A model generated the notes under the pieces. The model was not told the origin of the DNA. It did no database searches and saw only the letters and a program-made list of their open reading frames with translations. From Thermoproteota archaeon (GTDB lineage Archaea; Asgardarchaeota; Jordiarchaeia; Jordiarchaeales; Freyrarchaeaceae): a stretch of DNA of 64,000 nt. Shown in pieces: positions 20,381-30,364 of this stretch (the stretch's first letter is position 1; the number at the start of each line of letters is the position of its first letter). Location: positions 32,001 through 96,000 of the forward strand of contig JAPDJY010000030.1 of the NCBI GenBank assembly GCA_029258835.1. The letters are read 5' to 3'. Position numbers and translations under genes: made by a program.

Positions 20381-20685
20381 CTTCTTACTTTAGGCACCTA
20401 CCAGCGATTTTCTTATAAAAAATTTTAAATATTCTTCCTTATTTTTCTTTCTTTTAGAAAAATTAAACAACTTTATGATATATGTAACATTATATGGAGG
20501 TGATTCTGCAAAATTATTGCAAATTAACCAAAAACAAAGATAAATTTTTAAGAATATTACAATTATAAGGATGCTTTTGCCAGAAAAAATTTTAATAAAA
20601 AATTTAACAAGTGATGTGAAAAATCAAGTAAGCAGTCCAAAATTTAAGATGACTTTTATATAAGTGAAGGGGGAACAAGCGAAAT

Positions 20686-21168
20686 TTGAGAAGAAATAGA
20701 TTGAAGCTTGATGTTTTAGATAAGCAAATTCTTGAATCGATATGTAAAGATGCCCGTAAGCCGTTAAGGAAGGTAGCCGAGGAACTCGGCGTTTCTGAAC
20801 CTACTCTCTACAGTAGGGTTAGAAGCCTTCAACGGAGAGGAATTATAAAACGTTTTACTGTAAAGCTTGACATGGAACTTTTAGGTTACATGACGAAGGG
20901 CTTCGTGCTGATGAATGTTAACCCCGCAAAAGAAGAAAAGATTGTCAGCGTCTTAAGTGAAATCCCTGAAGTAGTTGAAATTCACAGGCTCTTAGGAGAC
21001 AACGACTTAATGGTTAAAGTTATTTGCAGGGATGTGGCCGAAATGCGTAGGCTTGTTCTCGAAAAAATTAGAGATCTTGAAGGCGTCGAACTTGTTAAAG
21101 GGTTTCTAACAATAAAAACAGATAAAGATTCCTATGAAAATCTGATTTCAAAACTTAAAAGCGAATGA
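20686..21168 (+). CDS. Lrp/AsnC transcriptional regulator
   Basis: LD.LD..IL...D.R, HTH, GIIKRF, RAM domain. Confidence 0.93.
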   Translation: MRRNRLKLDVLDKQILESICKDARKPLRKVAEELGVSEPTLYSRVRSLQRRGIIKRFTVKLDMELLGYMTKGFVLMNVNPAKEEKIVSVLSEIPEVVEIHRLLGDNDLMVKVICRDVAEMRRLVLEKIRDLEGVELVKGFLTIKTDKDSYENLISKLKSE

Positions 21169-21303
21169 ATAATAATATTTTACCTCTGCGTGAATAGCAT
21201 TCGGTTACCAATGTTGAAAAGCTAAGTTTATATTACTAAATTAAATTTCTTGAGTATCGCTGAAACTTTAAGTGTTGAATAAAAGTTAGGTGGAGGTTGC
21301 TAT

Positions 21304-21726
21304 ATGTCTTTTTCTAAGGATGAAATGCTGGAGGCTCTGAAAGCTTTTACTCTAGATTTCATCGTTAAAACATATGACTTCCTTAAAAATGTGGGTAAGG
21401 AAGGGGAGTATGCAGAACTGCTGGGAAGAGAACTAGCAGTCCGTGTTCAAAGAGCATTTGGGAAGGACAAGAAGCATGCAATAACATACCTAAACTTGAT
21501 TTTAACGTCCCTTGAGCTTCCCCAGTTTCATCAAGAAGGCAAGAAGTACGTGTTTGAATGCAACTCTGATGAATGTTCCCTCATGAGAACGTCGATCGTG
21601 ACGAAAACAGATTTTAGTCACGTCTTCTGCGAAAAATTCCTTGGAAGATTCCTTAAGGAATCGGGTTTTTCCACAAAGATCCAGCTTCCATTAGAAGGGA
21701 GAAACGGAAGGATAGAAGCAAAATAA
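21304..21726 (+). CDS. Hypothetical protein, possibly V4R-like
   Basis: 140 aa; G..LA helix and C..C...C pattern; GGAGG RBS. Confidence 0.5.
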   Translation: MSFSKDEMLEALKAFTLDFIVKTYDFLKNVGKEGEYAELLGRELAVRVQRAFGKDKKHAITYLNLILTSLELPQFHQEGKKYVFECNSDECSLMRTSIVTKTDFSHVFCEKFLGRFLKESGFSTKIQLPLEGRNGRIEAK

Positions 21727-21904
21727 CTGAACTGCTTGAAGTATGGGCGTCTGCCACCTAAAAGTAAGGGTTTCTGTTCGAAACATTTTAAGCTCCTCCG
21801 CCAACTATTTTTCTTAAAAATGAAAGACTTTTTATTTCTGACTTTTCATTTCTCTTGTGGCACCTGTTTATGTTATCTTTCTGTCTCGCTTTTGGGTGGT
21901 GTTT

Positions 21905-22690
21905 ATGGCTAAAAGTAGTGTTTTCAACTATTTGCTGAAGGTTCGCTCTGAGGACGGGGTGGTACACTTAACTTTAATAGATCCTGACCCCCTTAAACAG
22001 ACACCTGAAGTCGCCGGGCAAATGGCTAAGTACGCTTATGAAGCTGGCACAGATGCCATAATGGTGGGTGGCTCAACAGCCTTCGGAATACTGGATGAAA
22101 CCGTAAAGAACATAAAGGATGCAACAGGTCTTCCTGTAATCCTCTTCCCGGGGAACGTTTCAGGGATTTCTAAACATGCCGACGCGGTCTTCTTCATGAG
22201 CGTCCTCAACTCAAGGAATCCCTATTTCATCTCGAAAGCCCAAGCTTTAAGTTCGTTTGCAGTTAAACTCTATGGGTTAGAGCCGATAGGGATGGCCTAC
22301 CTCATAGTGGAGCCAGGTGGAACAGCAGGTTACATCGGAGAAGCAGCCCTCCTTCCTCGGAGTAAGCCTGCAGTAGCCGCCGCGTATGCGCTTGCCGCCC
22401 AGTACATGGGCTTCAAACTAGTATACCTTGAAGCCGGTTCTGGTGCGGACAAACACGTTCCCAGCGAAATGATTTCTCTCGTCTCGGATGTCCTCGATAT
22501 TCCATTAATAGTTGGCGGCGGAATTAGAACCGAGGAAGACGCTGTAAACGTGGTGAGTGCGGGAGCCGACATGATAGTTCAGGGGACAATGATTGAAAAA
22601 ACCATCCTGAAAGATAAGGGTGGCTATCTCTCTAAGGTGATTAAGGCAGCAAAGAATGTGGGGAAAGAAAGAAAAACGAAAAATGCATAA
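21905..22690 (+). CDS. Geranylgeranylglyceryl phosphate synthase
   Basis: LIDPD, MVGGS, FPG, SRNP, YLEAGSGA, VGGGIR. Confidence 0.96.
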   Translation: MAKSSVFNYLLKVRSEDGVVHLTLIDPDPLKQTPEVAGQMAKYAYEAGTDAIMVGGSTAFGILDETVKNIKDATGLPVILFPGNVSGISKHADAVFFMSVLNSRNPYFISKAQALSSFAVKLYGLEPIGMAYLIVEPGGTAGYIGEAALLPRSKPAVAAAYALAAQYMGFKLVYLEAGSGADKHVPSEMISLVSDVLDIPLIVGGGIRTEEDAVNVVSAGADMIVQGTMIEKTILKDKGGYLSKVIKAAKNVGKERKTKNA

Positions 22691-22808
22691 ACTTTCTGTT
22701 CCCTTCTTCCGCATCTTCTGCCGCCCGTTTGTCAAGCGTTCCTCCTCGGAAAGGTTTAAAACACACCTTTCTCCTAACTCGTGTTCGAGGCTTCCACGGG
22801 GGAAGGCA

Positions 22809-23942
22809 ATGTCTAATGAAAAACTTCTGAGAGAACTCAGAAGTAAAGTAGACGAGCTTGACAGAGAGCTCATCGGGATACTCGCTGAAAGATTCAAAAT
22901 CGTCAAAGAGATAGCCAAAGTCAAGTCTCAGCTTAAACTTAGCGTGAAGGATCTGCAAAGGAAAGCCGAAGTAATGTATAACGTCGAAAAAGCCGCTAAG
23001 GAAAAAGGAGTTGACCGGAACTTCGCCCACGAATTATTCCTAAGCGTAATCAGGAAGGAGTGGGAAATTGAAAAGGAAGCTAGAGGTGAACTTTTAAAGG
23101 TTGCGTATCTTGGACCGAGAGGGACTTTTGCGGAGGAAGCCGCTAGGACGTACTTTAGCGAGGTAGAAGCTGAGTTAATACCGGTAACGACCATTTCGGG
23201 GATAATTTCGATGGTTGAAAAGGGACATGCAGACATGGGGGTTCTACCCATTGAGAACTCGGTTGAAGGCTCTGTAACCACAACACTCGACCTACTTGCA
23301 AGAAGCAACGTTAAGATATGCGGCGAAGTGATCCTCCCTGTAAACCACAGCTTAATAGCGAAGACTAAAGTTGATTTTAATGAAATAACAGCCGTTTACT
23401 CACACCCTCAAGCCATAGCACAATGTAGAGGTTTCCTATCTAAGAACCTCCCCCATGCACGGCTTTACGAAACCAGCAGCACAGCCGAAGCGGTTAAGCG
23501 TGTCGCCGTCGAAGACGCACATGACGTAGCTGCAATAGGCAGCCCTGCAGCAGCAGAACTCTACGGGTTAATCGTCCTCGCAGATGGGATACAGGACGAG
23601 CAAACAAACGAAACACGATTCGCAGTCATAGGAACAGATATTATGCCGTTTACGGGCGACGATAAGACCTCAATAGCCATTTTCCTCCTTCAAGACAGGC
23701 CAGGAGCCCTATGTGAAGTGCTTGAGGAATTTAAGGTTCGGAACATTAACTTGACGAGGATCGAGTCGAGACCCAGTAAGAAAACGCTGGGAGACTACAT
23801 CTTCTTCATAGACTTGGAAGGACATGTAAATCAGCTGGAAGTTAAGAAGGCAATTGAAAGAATAGGTGCGAAGGCAGGCTACGTAAAACTCTTAGGCTCC
23901 TTCCCTAAGGCTAGGAGGCGAGGGAGCGTTGGGGAAGTGTGA
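22809..23942 (+). CDS. pheA: Chorismate mutase/prephenate dehydratase with ACT domain
   Basis: LR..VD.LD chorismate mutase domain, LGP.GT, PIENS.EG, SHPQA, TRF, IESRP. Confidence 0.95.
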   Translation: MSNEKLLRELRSKVDELDRELIGILAERFKIVKEIAKVKSQLKLSVKDLQRKAEVMYNVEKAAKEKGVDRNFAHELFLSVIRKEWEIEKEARGELLKVAYLGPRGTFAEEAARTYFSEVEAELIPVTTISGIISMVEKGHADMGVLPIENSVEGSVTTTLDLLARSNVKICGEVILPVNHSLIAKTKVDFNEITAVYSHPQAIAQCRGFLSKNLPHARLYETSSTAEAVKRVAVEDAHDVAAIGSPAAAELYGLIVLADGIQDEQTNETRFAVIGTDIMPFTGDDKTSIAIFLLQDRPGALCEVLEEFKVRNINLTRIESRPSKKTLGDYIFFIDLEGHVNQLEVKKAIERIGAKAGYVKLLGSFPKARRRGSVGEV

Positions 23943-25023
23943 GGTAGTGTGGCTAAGTGGACTTTACCGTTTAGCAGATGCAATTAGAGAAAGGTTTTTT
24001 GGTGAAACCGTAACCTTCTCAAGAAACGTTTTTATCCCTCTCGTAAACCTCTGCCGAAACAGGTGTGCTTACTGCGGCTTCAGAAAGAACCCATGGGATA
24101 ACGATGCAAAGCTTCTTCTCCCTGAGGAAGTTAAATTATTACTGAGGAAGGGAAAGGATGCAGGCTGCTCGGAAGCCCTCTTCACGTTCGGGGAAAGACC
24201 GGAGGAAAAATATCCTTCAATACGGGACAAACTAAACCGTTTAGGTTACGAGTCAACCCTAGACTACCTGTACGATATGTGCTCCGAAGCGTTAAAGCTC
24301 GGGCTTCTCCCCCACAGCAACCCCGGCGTCCTTCATAAAAAAGAAGTTAAAATGCTTAAAGAGGTAAACGCCAGTATGGGGCTAATGCTAGAAAACGTAA
24401 GTGATCGTCTCTGCATGGATGGTGGACCACACGCGTGCAGTCCCGGCAAGAAACCCGAGCTACGCCTCAAAACTTTAGCTTACGCGGGGGAGTGTAAGGT
24501 TCCGTTCACAACGGGAATCCTGGTTGGGATAGGAGAGACTTTAGATGAAATTGTTGCAAGCCTCTACGCTATAAAGCAAATACATGAAAGGTATGGCCAC
24601 ATACAAGAGGTTATTATTCAAAATTTCGTTCCGAAACCTGGTACACCCATGGAGAACCATCCACCACCAACCTTAAATTACTACTCAACGGTAGTTGCTT
24701 TAGCTAGGGTGATCCTCCCGGGGGATGTGAGCGTGCAGGTTCCACCAAACCTTAACTTGGGAAACATAGGGTTCCTGCTCAGCATCGGTGCCAACGATCT
24801 AGGCGGAATTTCCCCCATAACACCTGATTACATTAATCCTTCTGAGGCGTGGCCTGAAATAGAAGAAGTTAAATGTCTTGTTAGCGAGATGGGTAGGTTC
24901 TTAAGGGAGAGATTGCCCGTTTATCCGAAATATCTTAAAGAGGACGATTTCCTATCAGAAAAAGTGGCTGAGGTTGCCAGAATACTCTCAGATGAAAACG
25001 GTTTTAGGAGGTCCACTTCTTGA
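23929..25023 (+). CDS. cofG: FO synthase subunit 1 (radical SAM)
   Basis: FIPL..LCRNRCAYCGF, LPHSNPG, SMGLMLE, QVPPNL. Confidence 0.96.
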   Translation: MGKCEVVWLSGLYRLADAIRERFFGETVTFSRNVFIPLVNLCRNRCAYCGFRKNPWDNDAKLLLPEEVKLLLRKGKDAGCSEALFTFGERPEEKYPSIRDKLNRLGYESTLDYLYDMCSEALKLGLLPHSNPGVLHKKEVKMLKEVNASMGLMLENVSDRLCMDGGPHACSPGKKPELRLKTLAYAGECKVPFTTGILVGIGETLDEIVASLYAIKQIHERYGHIQEVIIQNFVPKPGTPMENHPPPTLNYYSTVVALARVILPGDVSVQVPPNLNLGNIGFLLSIGANDLGGISPITPDYINPSEAWPEIEEVKCLVSEMGRFLRERLPVYPKYLKEDDFLSEKVAEVARILSDENGFRRSTS

Positions 25024-26138
25024 TACTGGACTCCGTTGACGGCGAGGTGGCGTATGTACTTGACCGTGCCCTTGACGGGCACCCCCCTACGGTCAATGAA
25101 GCCGAGAAACTATTTAAGGTAAAAGGAAGAGAGTTTCTCGCACTGATCTGCGTCGCTGACGAGCTAAGAAGACGCATAGTTGGAGACATAGTAACTTATG
25201 TCATCAATAGAAACATAAATTTTACAAATATATGCGTTAACAAATGCTTGTTTTGCGCTTTCAGCAGGCCAATGAGGTCTCCTGAAGGCTACATGATTTC
25301 CAAAGACGAGTTAAAGAGAAAGGTAGCAGAAGCAGTCAAGGCCGGGGCAACGGAGGTCTGCATCCAAGGAGGTCTGCATCCCTACGCTGACTTAGAAACC
25401 TACATGGAGATATTAAGGTCTGTCAGGGAGGTTTCCCCTGAGATACATATTCACGCTTTCAGCCCTATGGAAGTTAAGCACATATCGGTTAACTCTAACA
25501 TGTCTGTAAGGGAAGTTCTGCGTGCTCTTAAAGAGGAAGGGTTAAATTCTATGCCTGGAACCGCCGCAGAGATCTTAGTAGACGAAGTTAGAAGGATTAT
25601 TTGTCCCGACAAGGTGAAGACCGCAGAGTGGGTGCAGATCATCAAAGAAGCTCATAAACTCGGGATACCAACCTCCAGCACTATGATGTATGGACATGTC
25701 GAAAGCGAAAGGGACAGAGCAATTCACATAGATATACTTAGAAGGGTTCAGATGGAGACTGGCGGCTTCACCGAGTTTGTACCATTAAGCTTCGTCCACG
25801 AAAAAACCCCACTATACAGGATGGGTTTAACACGTCCCGGTGCAACGGGAATGGACGACGTTAAAGTTTATGCGGTTTCTAGGCTTATGCTTAGCGGACT
25901 AATAAGGAACATACAAGTGTCATGGGTCAAGCTCGGAGTTAAGTTCGCCCAGTTCTGCTTAAATGCGGGTGCCAACGACTTTGGCGGAACGTTAATGGAA
26001 GAGAACATTTCAAGGATCGCCGGCTCAACGAGCGGCGAGTTTCTCCCCCCATCCGAAATAGAGAGAGTGATAAGGGATTGCGGGCGGATTCCAGCGCAGA
26101 GGACGACAACATATGAAATAATAAAAATCAGTAGTTAA
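25020..26138 (+). CDS. cofH: FO synthase subunit 2 (radical SAM)
   Basis: NRNINFTNIC...C.FCAF, MPGTAAEIL, IQVSWVK, GGTLMEENI; coupled to cofG. Confidence 0.95.
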   Translation: MILDSVDGEVAYVLDRALDGHPPTVNEAEKLFKVKGREFLALICVADELRRRIVGDIVTYVINRNINFTNICVNKCLFCAFSRPMRSPEGYMISKDELKRKVAEAVKAGATEVCIQGGLHPYADLETYMEILRSVREVSPEIHIHAFSPMEVKHISVNSNMSVREVLRALKEEGLNSMPGTAAEILVDEVRRIICPDKVKTAEWVQIIKEAHKLGIPTSSTMMYGHVESERDRAIHIDILRRVQMETGGFTEFVPLSFVHEKTPLYRMGLTRPGATGMDDVKVYAVSRLMLSGLIRNIQVSWVKLGVKFAQFCLNAGANDFGGTLMEENISRIAGSTSGEFLPPSEIERVIRDCGRIPAQRTTTYEIIKISS

Positions 26139-28153
26139 GCCCTTTTTATCTCGCTAAAAAGCTCTATAGCATTAGCTTTAACACTGGAGAAATCCTTCTT
26201 TGAAATATAATTGTTCTTTAAGAGGAAGTTCAGCCCATCATATAGCTTTAACTCCACCTCTTTCTGACTCAAAATGTTCATCATATCCAAAATATCTCTT
26301 ATGCCCTTAGCGAACTCCGGATTTTTCAGGTGTTCTTCGAACCGTTCCTTTAAAAAGCTGGCTACCGGCGTAATGTTAATCGGTAATGCCCCCCTCTTTA
26401 AACCCAAACTAGGCTTAGGCTCACCTCTTCTAGAGAGTACCATAGGTGGAATGACGATTATACGTGACTTGCCATCCTCCGCCATCTCAGCAATGTAAAT
26501 GCTCAAGTACACCGGCTGCACCTCTTCAACATCAAAAATCCTAACCATCAACTTCACCAGTTTTGCCTCGTCTTCCTCCTGAACCTTCAAAAGCCTCTCC
26601 AAATACTCGTAAAGTGCCCTCAGCTTTTTACGGTACGTTTCCTTAACCTTCTCCACTTCCAATATGCGCCTTCTCATTTCCCTCTCCACGACACTTACCC
26701 TCTCCTGTTCTTTCAACATTAATTCCCGAAACGTCTTCTCCATCAGTTGCCTCTCTCTCCGCACCTCCTTCAGCACATTCTCCACTCTCTTCTTAGCATC
26801 CCTCAACATACTCTGAGATAACTCCATGTACTTCCTCAGTCCATCAATGCGTTCCACAGCCTGCCTTAAAAGGCCTATACTTTCCTCCAGCATTACCTCC
26901 TTACAAGCCTCCCCCCCAATGTTAGACGTGAATTTTAAGAATCCATTTAGTAATGAAGTAAGTGAGCCAATTTTCTCCTCAACGTCCAAAAATGCCTTCC
27001 TTGCTTCTTCATGAAGCCAAGCATTTAGCTCCTTAACCTTCTGAAACTTTTCGCCCTCAAGCCTTACCTTGTTATCTTCAACTTCCCTCCTAACCTTCTC
27101 AAGCTTCTCTGAGTACTCCCTCTCAACGTTCTCCCTTTCCCTCTTCAACATTTCAAAGTACGCCTCTGCAACCCCTACAACCCCCCCACTCAGCCTTTTC
27201 AGCCTCTCAGCGTTCTCCCTTACATCCTCCAGTATTCTCATAAAATCTCCTCTTATCCTTTCAAGCGCCTCCCTCCTTAAAGTCGGCCTCAAAACAGCCG
27301 CACCCTTAACCCTAACCATCCGCGCACTACTAAGTAACGACGCCAGCTCCTCAGCATACTCATAACCTACAAGGCTGTTAATCGAGAAAGATCTCCTTTC
27401 CCCTCCTTTCCTAAGAAACGACATAATCCTCTCTATAACTTCGAGAGGATCTCCCTCCTTATCTAGGCTTGCCTCAATATGCTCAAAACTTGGAGGTGAA
27501 AAAAAGTCTATAGTCATCGGGTCCTCAAATATCCCATCTACAATCAAATTTCCTCCCTCTCCACACGGGACAATCCAGAAAGGCCAGAGAAAATTAGCTA
27601 CAGCAGTAATACGCATTTCCTTCCTCCGCAACAGCTTCAATCCCTGAGACCTAATAGCCTCCAAAAACAAGAACACCCCAGCAAGCTCAACATCAAAAGA
27701 GGCAGCTTCACCACCCTCCACAGTCAAAAAGGGAGTAGAGAAAACCTCCTTAACCATCAAACGAGAATTATACTCCTTAACCAGCGAGTCCAAAACGCTG
27801 TTAAAAAAGTCTGAAGGAAGGGGCTTAACATGTTCTCCACCAATCTCCCCCTCAAACTTCCTAAAAAATTCCTCTGCAACCTGAGCAAGAAAACCCCTAG
27901 CGACCTCTTCATCGTCTCCCACGTCGACAGCGACAGCGAAAATAAGATCTCCCGATATCTTATACACGAAAACGGTATCCTCCATAGCCATAGTTTGAAT
28001 CCCGCCATGCCCTATCTCCTTCGCGAAGGAGAAAACTGCCGCGAGAAAACCCGAAAGAAGAGCCTCGTCAACCTCACCACCCCCATAACTCCTATGGAAA
28101 ACAGGACTACCCGACCTCTGAAAAACATAAAATTCCCGGATCATACTCCCCAC
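26135..28153 (-). CDS. Longin-domain protein with long coiled coil
   Basis: N-terminus FYVFQRSGSPVFHRSY...LLSGFL.A..SFA (longin); about 240-aa E/R/K-rich coil. Confidence 0.7.
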   Translation of the reverse strand: MGSMIREFYVFQRSGSPVFHRSYGGGEVDEALLSGFLAAVFSFAKEIGHGGIQTMAMEDTVFVYKISGDLIFAVAVDVGDDEEVARGFLAQVAEEFFRKFEGEIGGEHVKPLPSDFFNSVLDSLVKEYNSRLMVKEVFSTPFLTVEGGEAASFDVELAGVFLFLEAIRSQGLKLLRRKEMRITAVANFLWPFWIVPCGEGGNLIVDGIFEDPMTIDFFSPPSFEHIEASLDKEGDPLEVIERIMSFLRKGGERRSFSINSLVGYEYAEELASLLSSARMVRVKGAAVLRPTLRREALERIRGDFMRILEDVRENAERLKRLSGGVVGVAEAYFEMLKRERENVEREYSEKLEKVRREVEDNKVRLEGEKFQKVKELNAWLHEEARKAFLDVEEKIGSLTSLLNGFLKFTSNIGGEACKEVMLEESIGLLRQAVERIDGLRKYMELSQSMLRDAKKRVENVLKEVRRERQLMEKTFRELMLKEQERVSVVEREMRRRILEVEKVKETYRKKLRALYEYLERLLKVQEEDEAKLVKLMVRIFDVEEVQPVYLSIYIAEMAEDGKSRIIVIPPMVLSRRGEPKPSLGLKRGALPINITPVASFLKERFEEHLKNPEFAKGIRDILDMMNILSQKEVELKLYDGLNFLLKNNYISKKDFSSVKANAIELFSEIKRA

Positions 28154-28574
28154 CAGAAACCAAATCAGCCATTAACTTCCAGCTAAAACACCCCCTCTTA
28201 AGAAAAACCTCCACTAAAACACAGAAACTTAATCATCCCTCCTAACTCCTTCAACCTTAGATCAAATATAAAAATGTCATAGCTCTCAAATATGAGTTTT
28301 ACGTGTTCCCTATCTTCAACTCCTCCCTCCCCCCTTTAGAATTTAAAGCAGAAATGTTAACGGAACAACCTCCCTAAAAAAAGAAAATTCTACTGAAAGT
28401 ATTCTACTGAAAACCCTTAAGCTATAAACCGCTTTTAAATATTTAAAGGTTTAAACCCATTAAACGATTAACCTTTTCGATCAAACCACCCGAAAACTTT
28501 TTATTTACAATAGAATTATATCCAACAACCAAACCACCAAAGAAGCTAATCTCAACATGCCAGGAGGATGGAAA

Positions 28575-28850
28575 ATGTCCGAAGAAAACAGCATATACGT
28601 AGGTTCAAAGCCAGTCATGAACTATGTCCTAGCCTGCATTACCCTATTCCACAATGGAAAGGACGAGGTTACTATTAAGGCAAGAGGCAGATCTATCAGT
28701 AGGGCGGTGGATGTAGCTGAAATAGTTAGGAACCGTTTCATGAGCGATGTTTACCCGAAGGAGATCAGAATCGGCACTGAGACGATAAACACGGAGACCG
28801 GTAACCCTATCAACGTTTCAACTATTGAAATAGTGCTTGCCAAGAAGTAA
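28575..28850 (+). CDS. albA: DNA/RNA-binding protein Alba
   Basis: [32 protein letters not shown]. Confidence 0.98.
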   Translation: MSEENSIYVGSKPVMNYVLACITLFHNGKDEVTIKARGRSISRAVDVAEIVRNRFMSDVYPKEIRIGTETINTETGNPINVSTIEIVLAKK

Positions 28851-29008
28851 ATTCTATAGAAGGCCTTTCTTAAGGAACCTTTCTCTTTTTCTTACTTAAA
28901 TCCTTTACAGGAATTTTTCAGTAAAAATTAATTTTGCCTGAAAGTAATACTCCTTTCGGTGTTAGCATATTAAAATGAAATCTAATGTGGCTGGATTGAT
29001 GTGAAGTA

Positions 29009-30364
29009 TTGGTGATGGCTTTGAGCGTTCATCCGTGTGAATACAGGTATTATACTCCTGAGATGAAGGAGATATTTACCGAGGAAAGTAAGCTTCAGAA
29101 GTGGTTGGAGGTTGAGGCTGCGCTTGCAAGAGCTCATGCAAGGCTGGGTAGGATTCCCGTTGAGGCGGCGGAGGAAATTTCGCGGAAGGCCTCGGTTAAG
29201 TACGTTCGGCTCGAACGCGTTAAGGAGATCGAGAGGGAGATAAGTCATGACGTGATGGCTATGGTTAGGGCTCTCTCGGAGGTTTGTGAGGGCGACGCGG
29301 GAAAGTACGTTCACTTGGGAGCTACGAGCTACGATATAGTTGATACGGCATGGGCCTTAATCCTTAAAGATGCCATCTCTATTGTGGAAGGGCGGCTTGA
29401 GGAGTTGAAGGACACTCTCTTAGATTTGGCTCTAGAGCATAAGGAGACTGTTTGTGTGGGGCGTACCCATGGACAGCATGCCTTACCTTTCACTTACGGC
29501 ATGAAGTTCGCCATATGGGCTAGTGAGGTGAACAGGCACATAGAACGTCTCAGGGAATGCGCTAGAAGGGTTATAGTTGGGAAGATGAGCGGTGCCGTTG
29601 GGACGATGGCCGGTTTCGGCAAGGATGGCTTTGAAATTCAAAGGCTGGTTATGGAGGAGCTGGGGATAGGTGAGGTGGAAATAGCAAATCAGATAGTTCC
29701 CCGGGACGGTTATGCAGAACTGATCCTTTTAAATGCCCTTATAGCTGCAACCCTAACCAGGATTGCCAAAGAAATTAGGAACCTCCAAAGGACGGAGATT
29801 GGGGAGGTTTTCGAGCCCTTTGGAGCCAAGCAGGTTGGCTCCTCAACGATGAGCCATAAGAGGAACCCTCACAAATCCGAGAGGGTGTGCGGCATTTCGA
29901 GGGTGATAATGTCTCACGTTTTCCCCGCCTTAGAGAATGCCGCTCTCATAGAACATGAGCGAGACCTGACAAATTCGTCTGCTGAGCGCATAATCCTCCC
30001 TGAATCCTTCATCCTTTTGGACTACGTTCTAACCCAACTGATCCAGATACTTAGGGGTCTAGAGTTCAACTATGAAAACATAGAGCGAAACCTGAACTTG
30101 ACCGGCGGCCTCTTGATGAGCGAGAATGTAATGCTAAACTTGGTTAGGAAGGGGATGGGAAGGCAGGAGGCACACGAAATACTTAGGGAGATAGCGGTTA
30201 AATGTGTTAGGGAGAAGGTACCCTTTAAAAAGGCGATTTTAAGCCACGAGGTTCTCGGGAAAATGGTCACCGAGAAGGAGCTCGACGAATGGCTTAACCC
30301 TCGAAACTACATAGGTACAGCGGTTGAGCAGGTTGAAAAGCTGGCTAAACAGCTTAGAAGCTAA
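29009..30364 (+). CDS. purB: Adenylosuccinate lyase
   Basis: HDVMA, HLGATS, GRTHGQHA, GSSTMSHKRNP. Confidence 0.97.
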   Translation: MVMALSVHPCEYRYYTPEMKEIFTEESKLQKWLEVEAALARAHARLGRIPVEAAEEISRKASVKYVRLERVKEIEREISHDVMAMVRALSEVCEGDAGKYVHLGATSYDIVDTAWALILKDAISIVEGRLEELKDTLLDLALEHKETVCVGRTHGQHALPFTYGMKFAIWASEVNRHIERLRECARRVIVGKMSGAVGTMAGFGKDGFEIQRLVMEELGIGEVEIANQIVPRDGYAELILLNALIAATLTRIAKEIRNLQRTEIGEVFEPFGAKQVGSSTMSHKRNPHKSERVCGISRVIMSHVFPALENAALIEHERDLTNSSAERIILPESFILLDYVLTQLIQILRGLEFNYENIERNLNLTGGLLMSENVMLNLVRKGMGRQEAHEILREIAVKCVREKVPFKKAILSHEVLGKMVTEKELDEWLNPRNYIGTAVEQVEKLAKQLRS

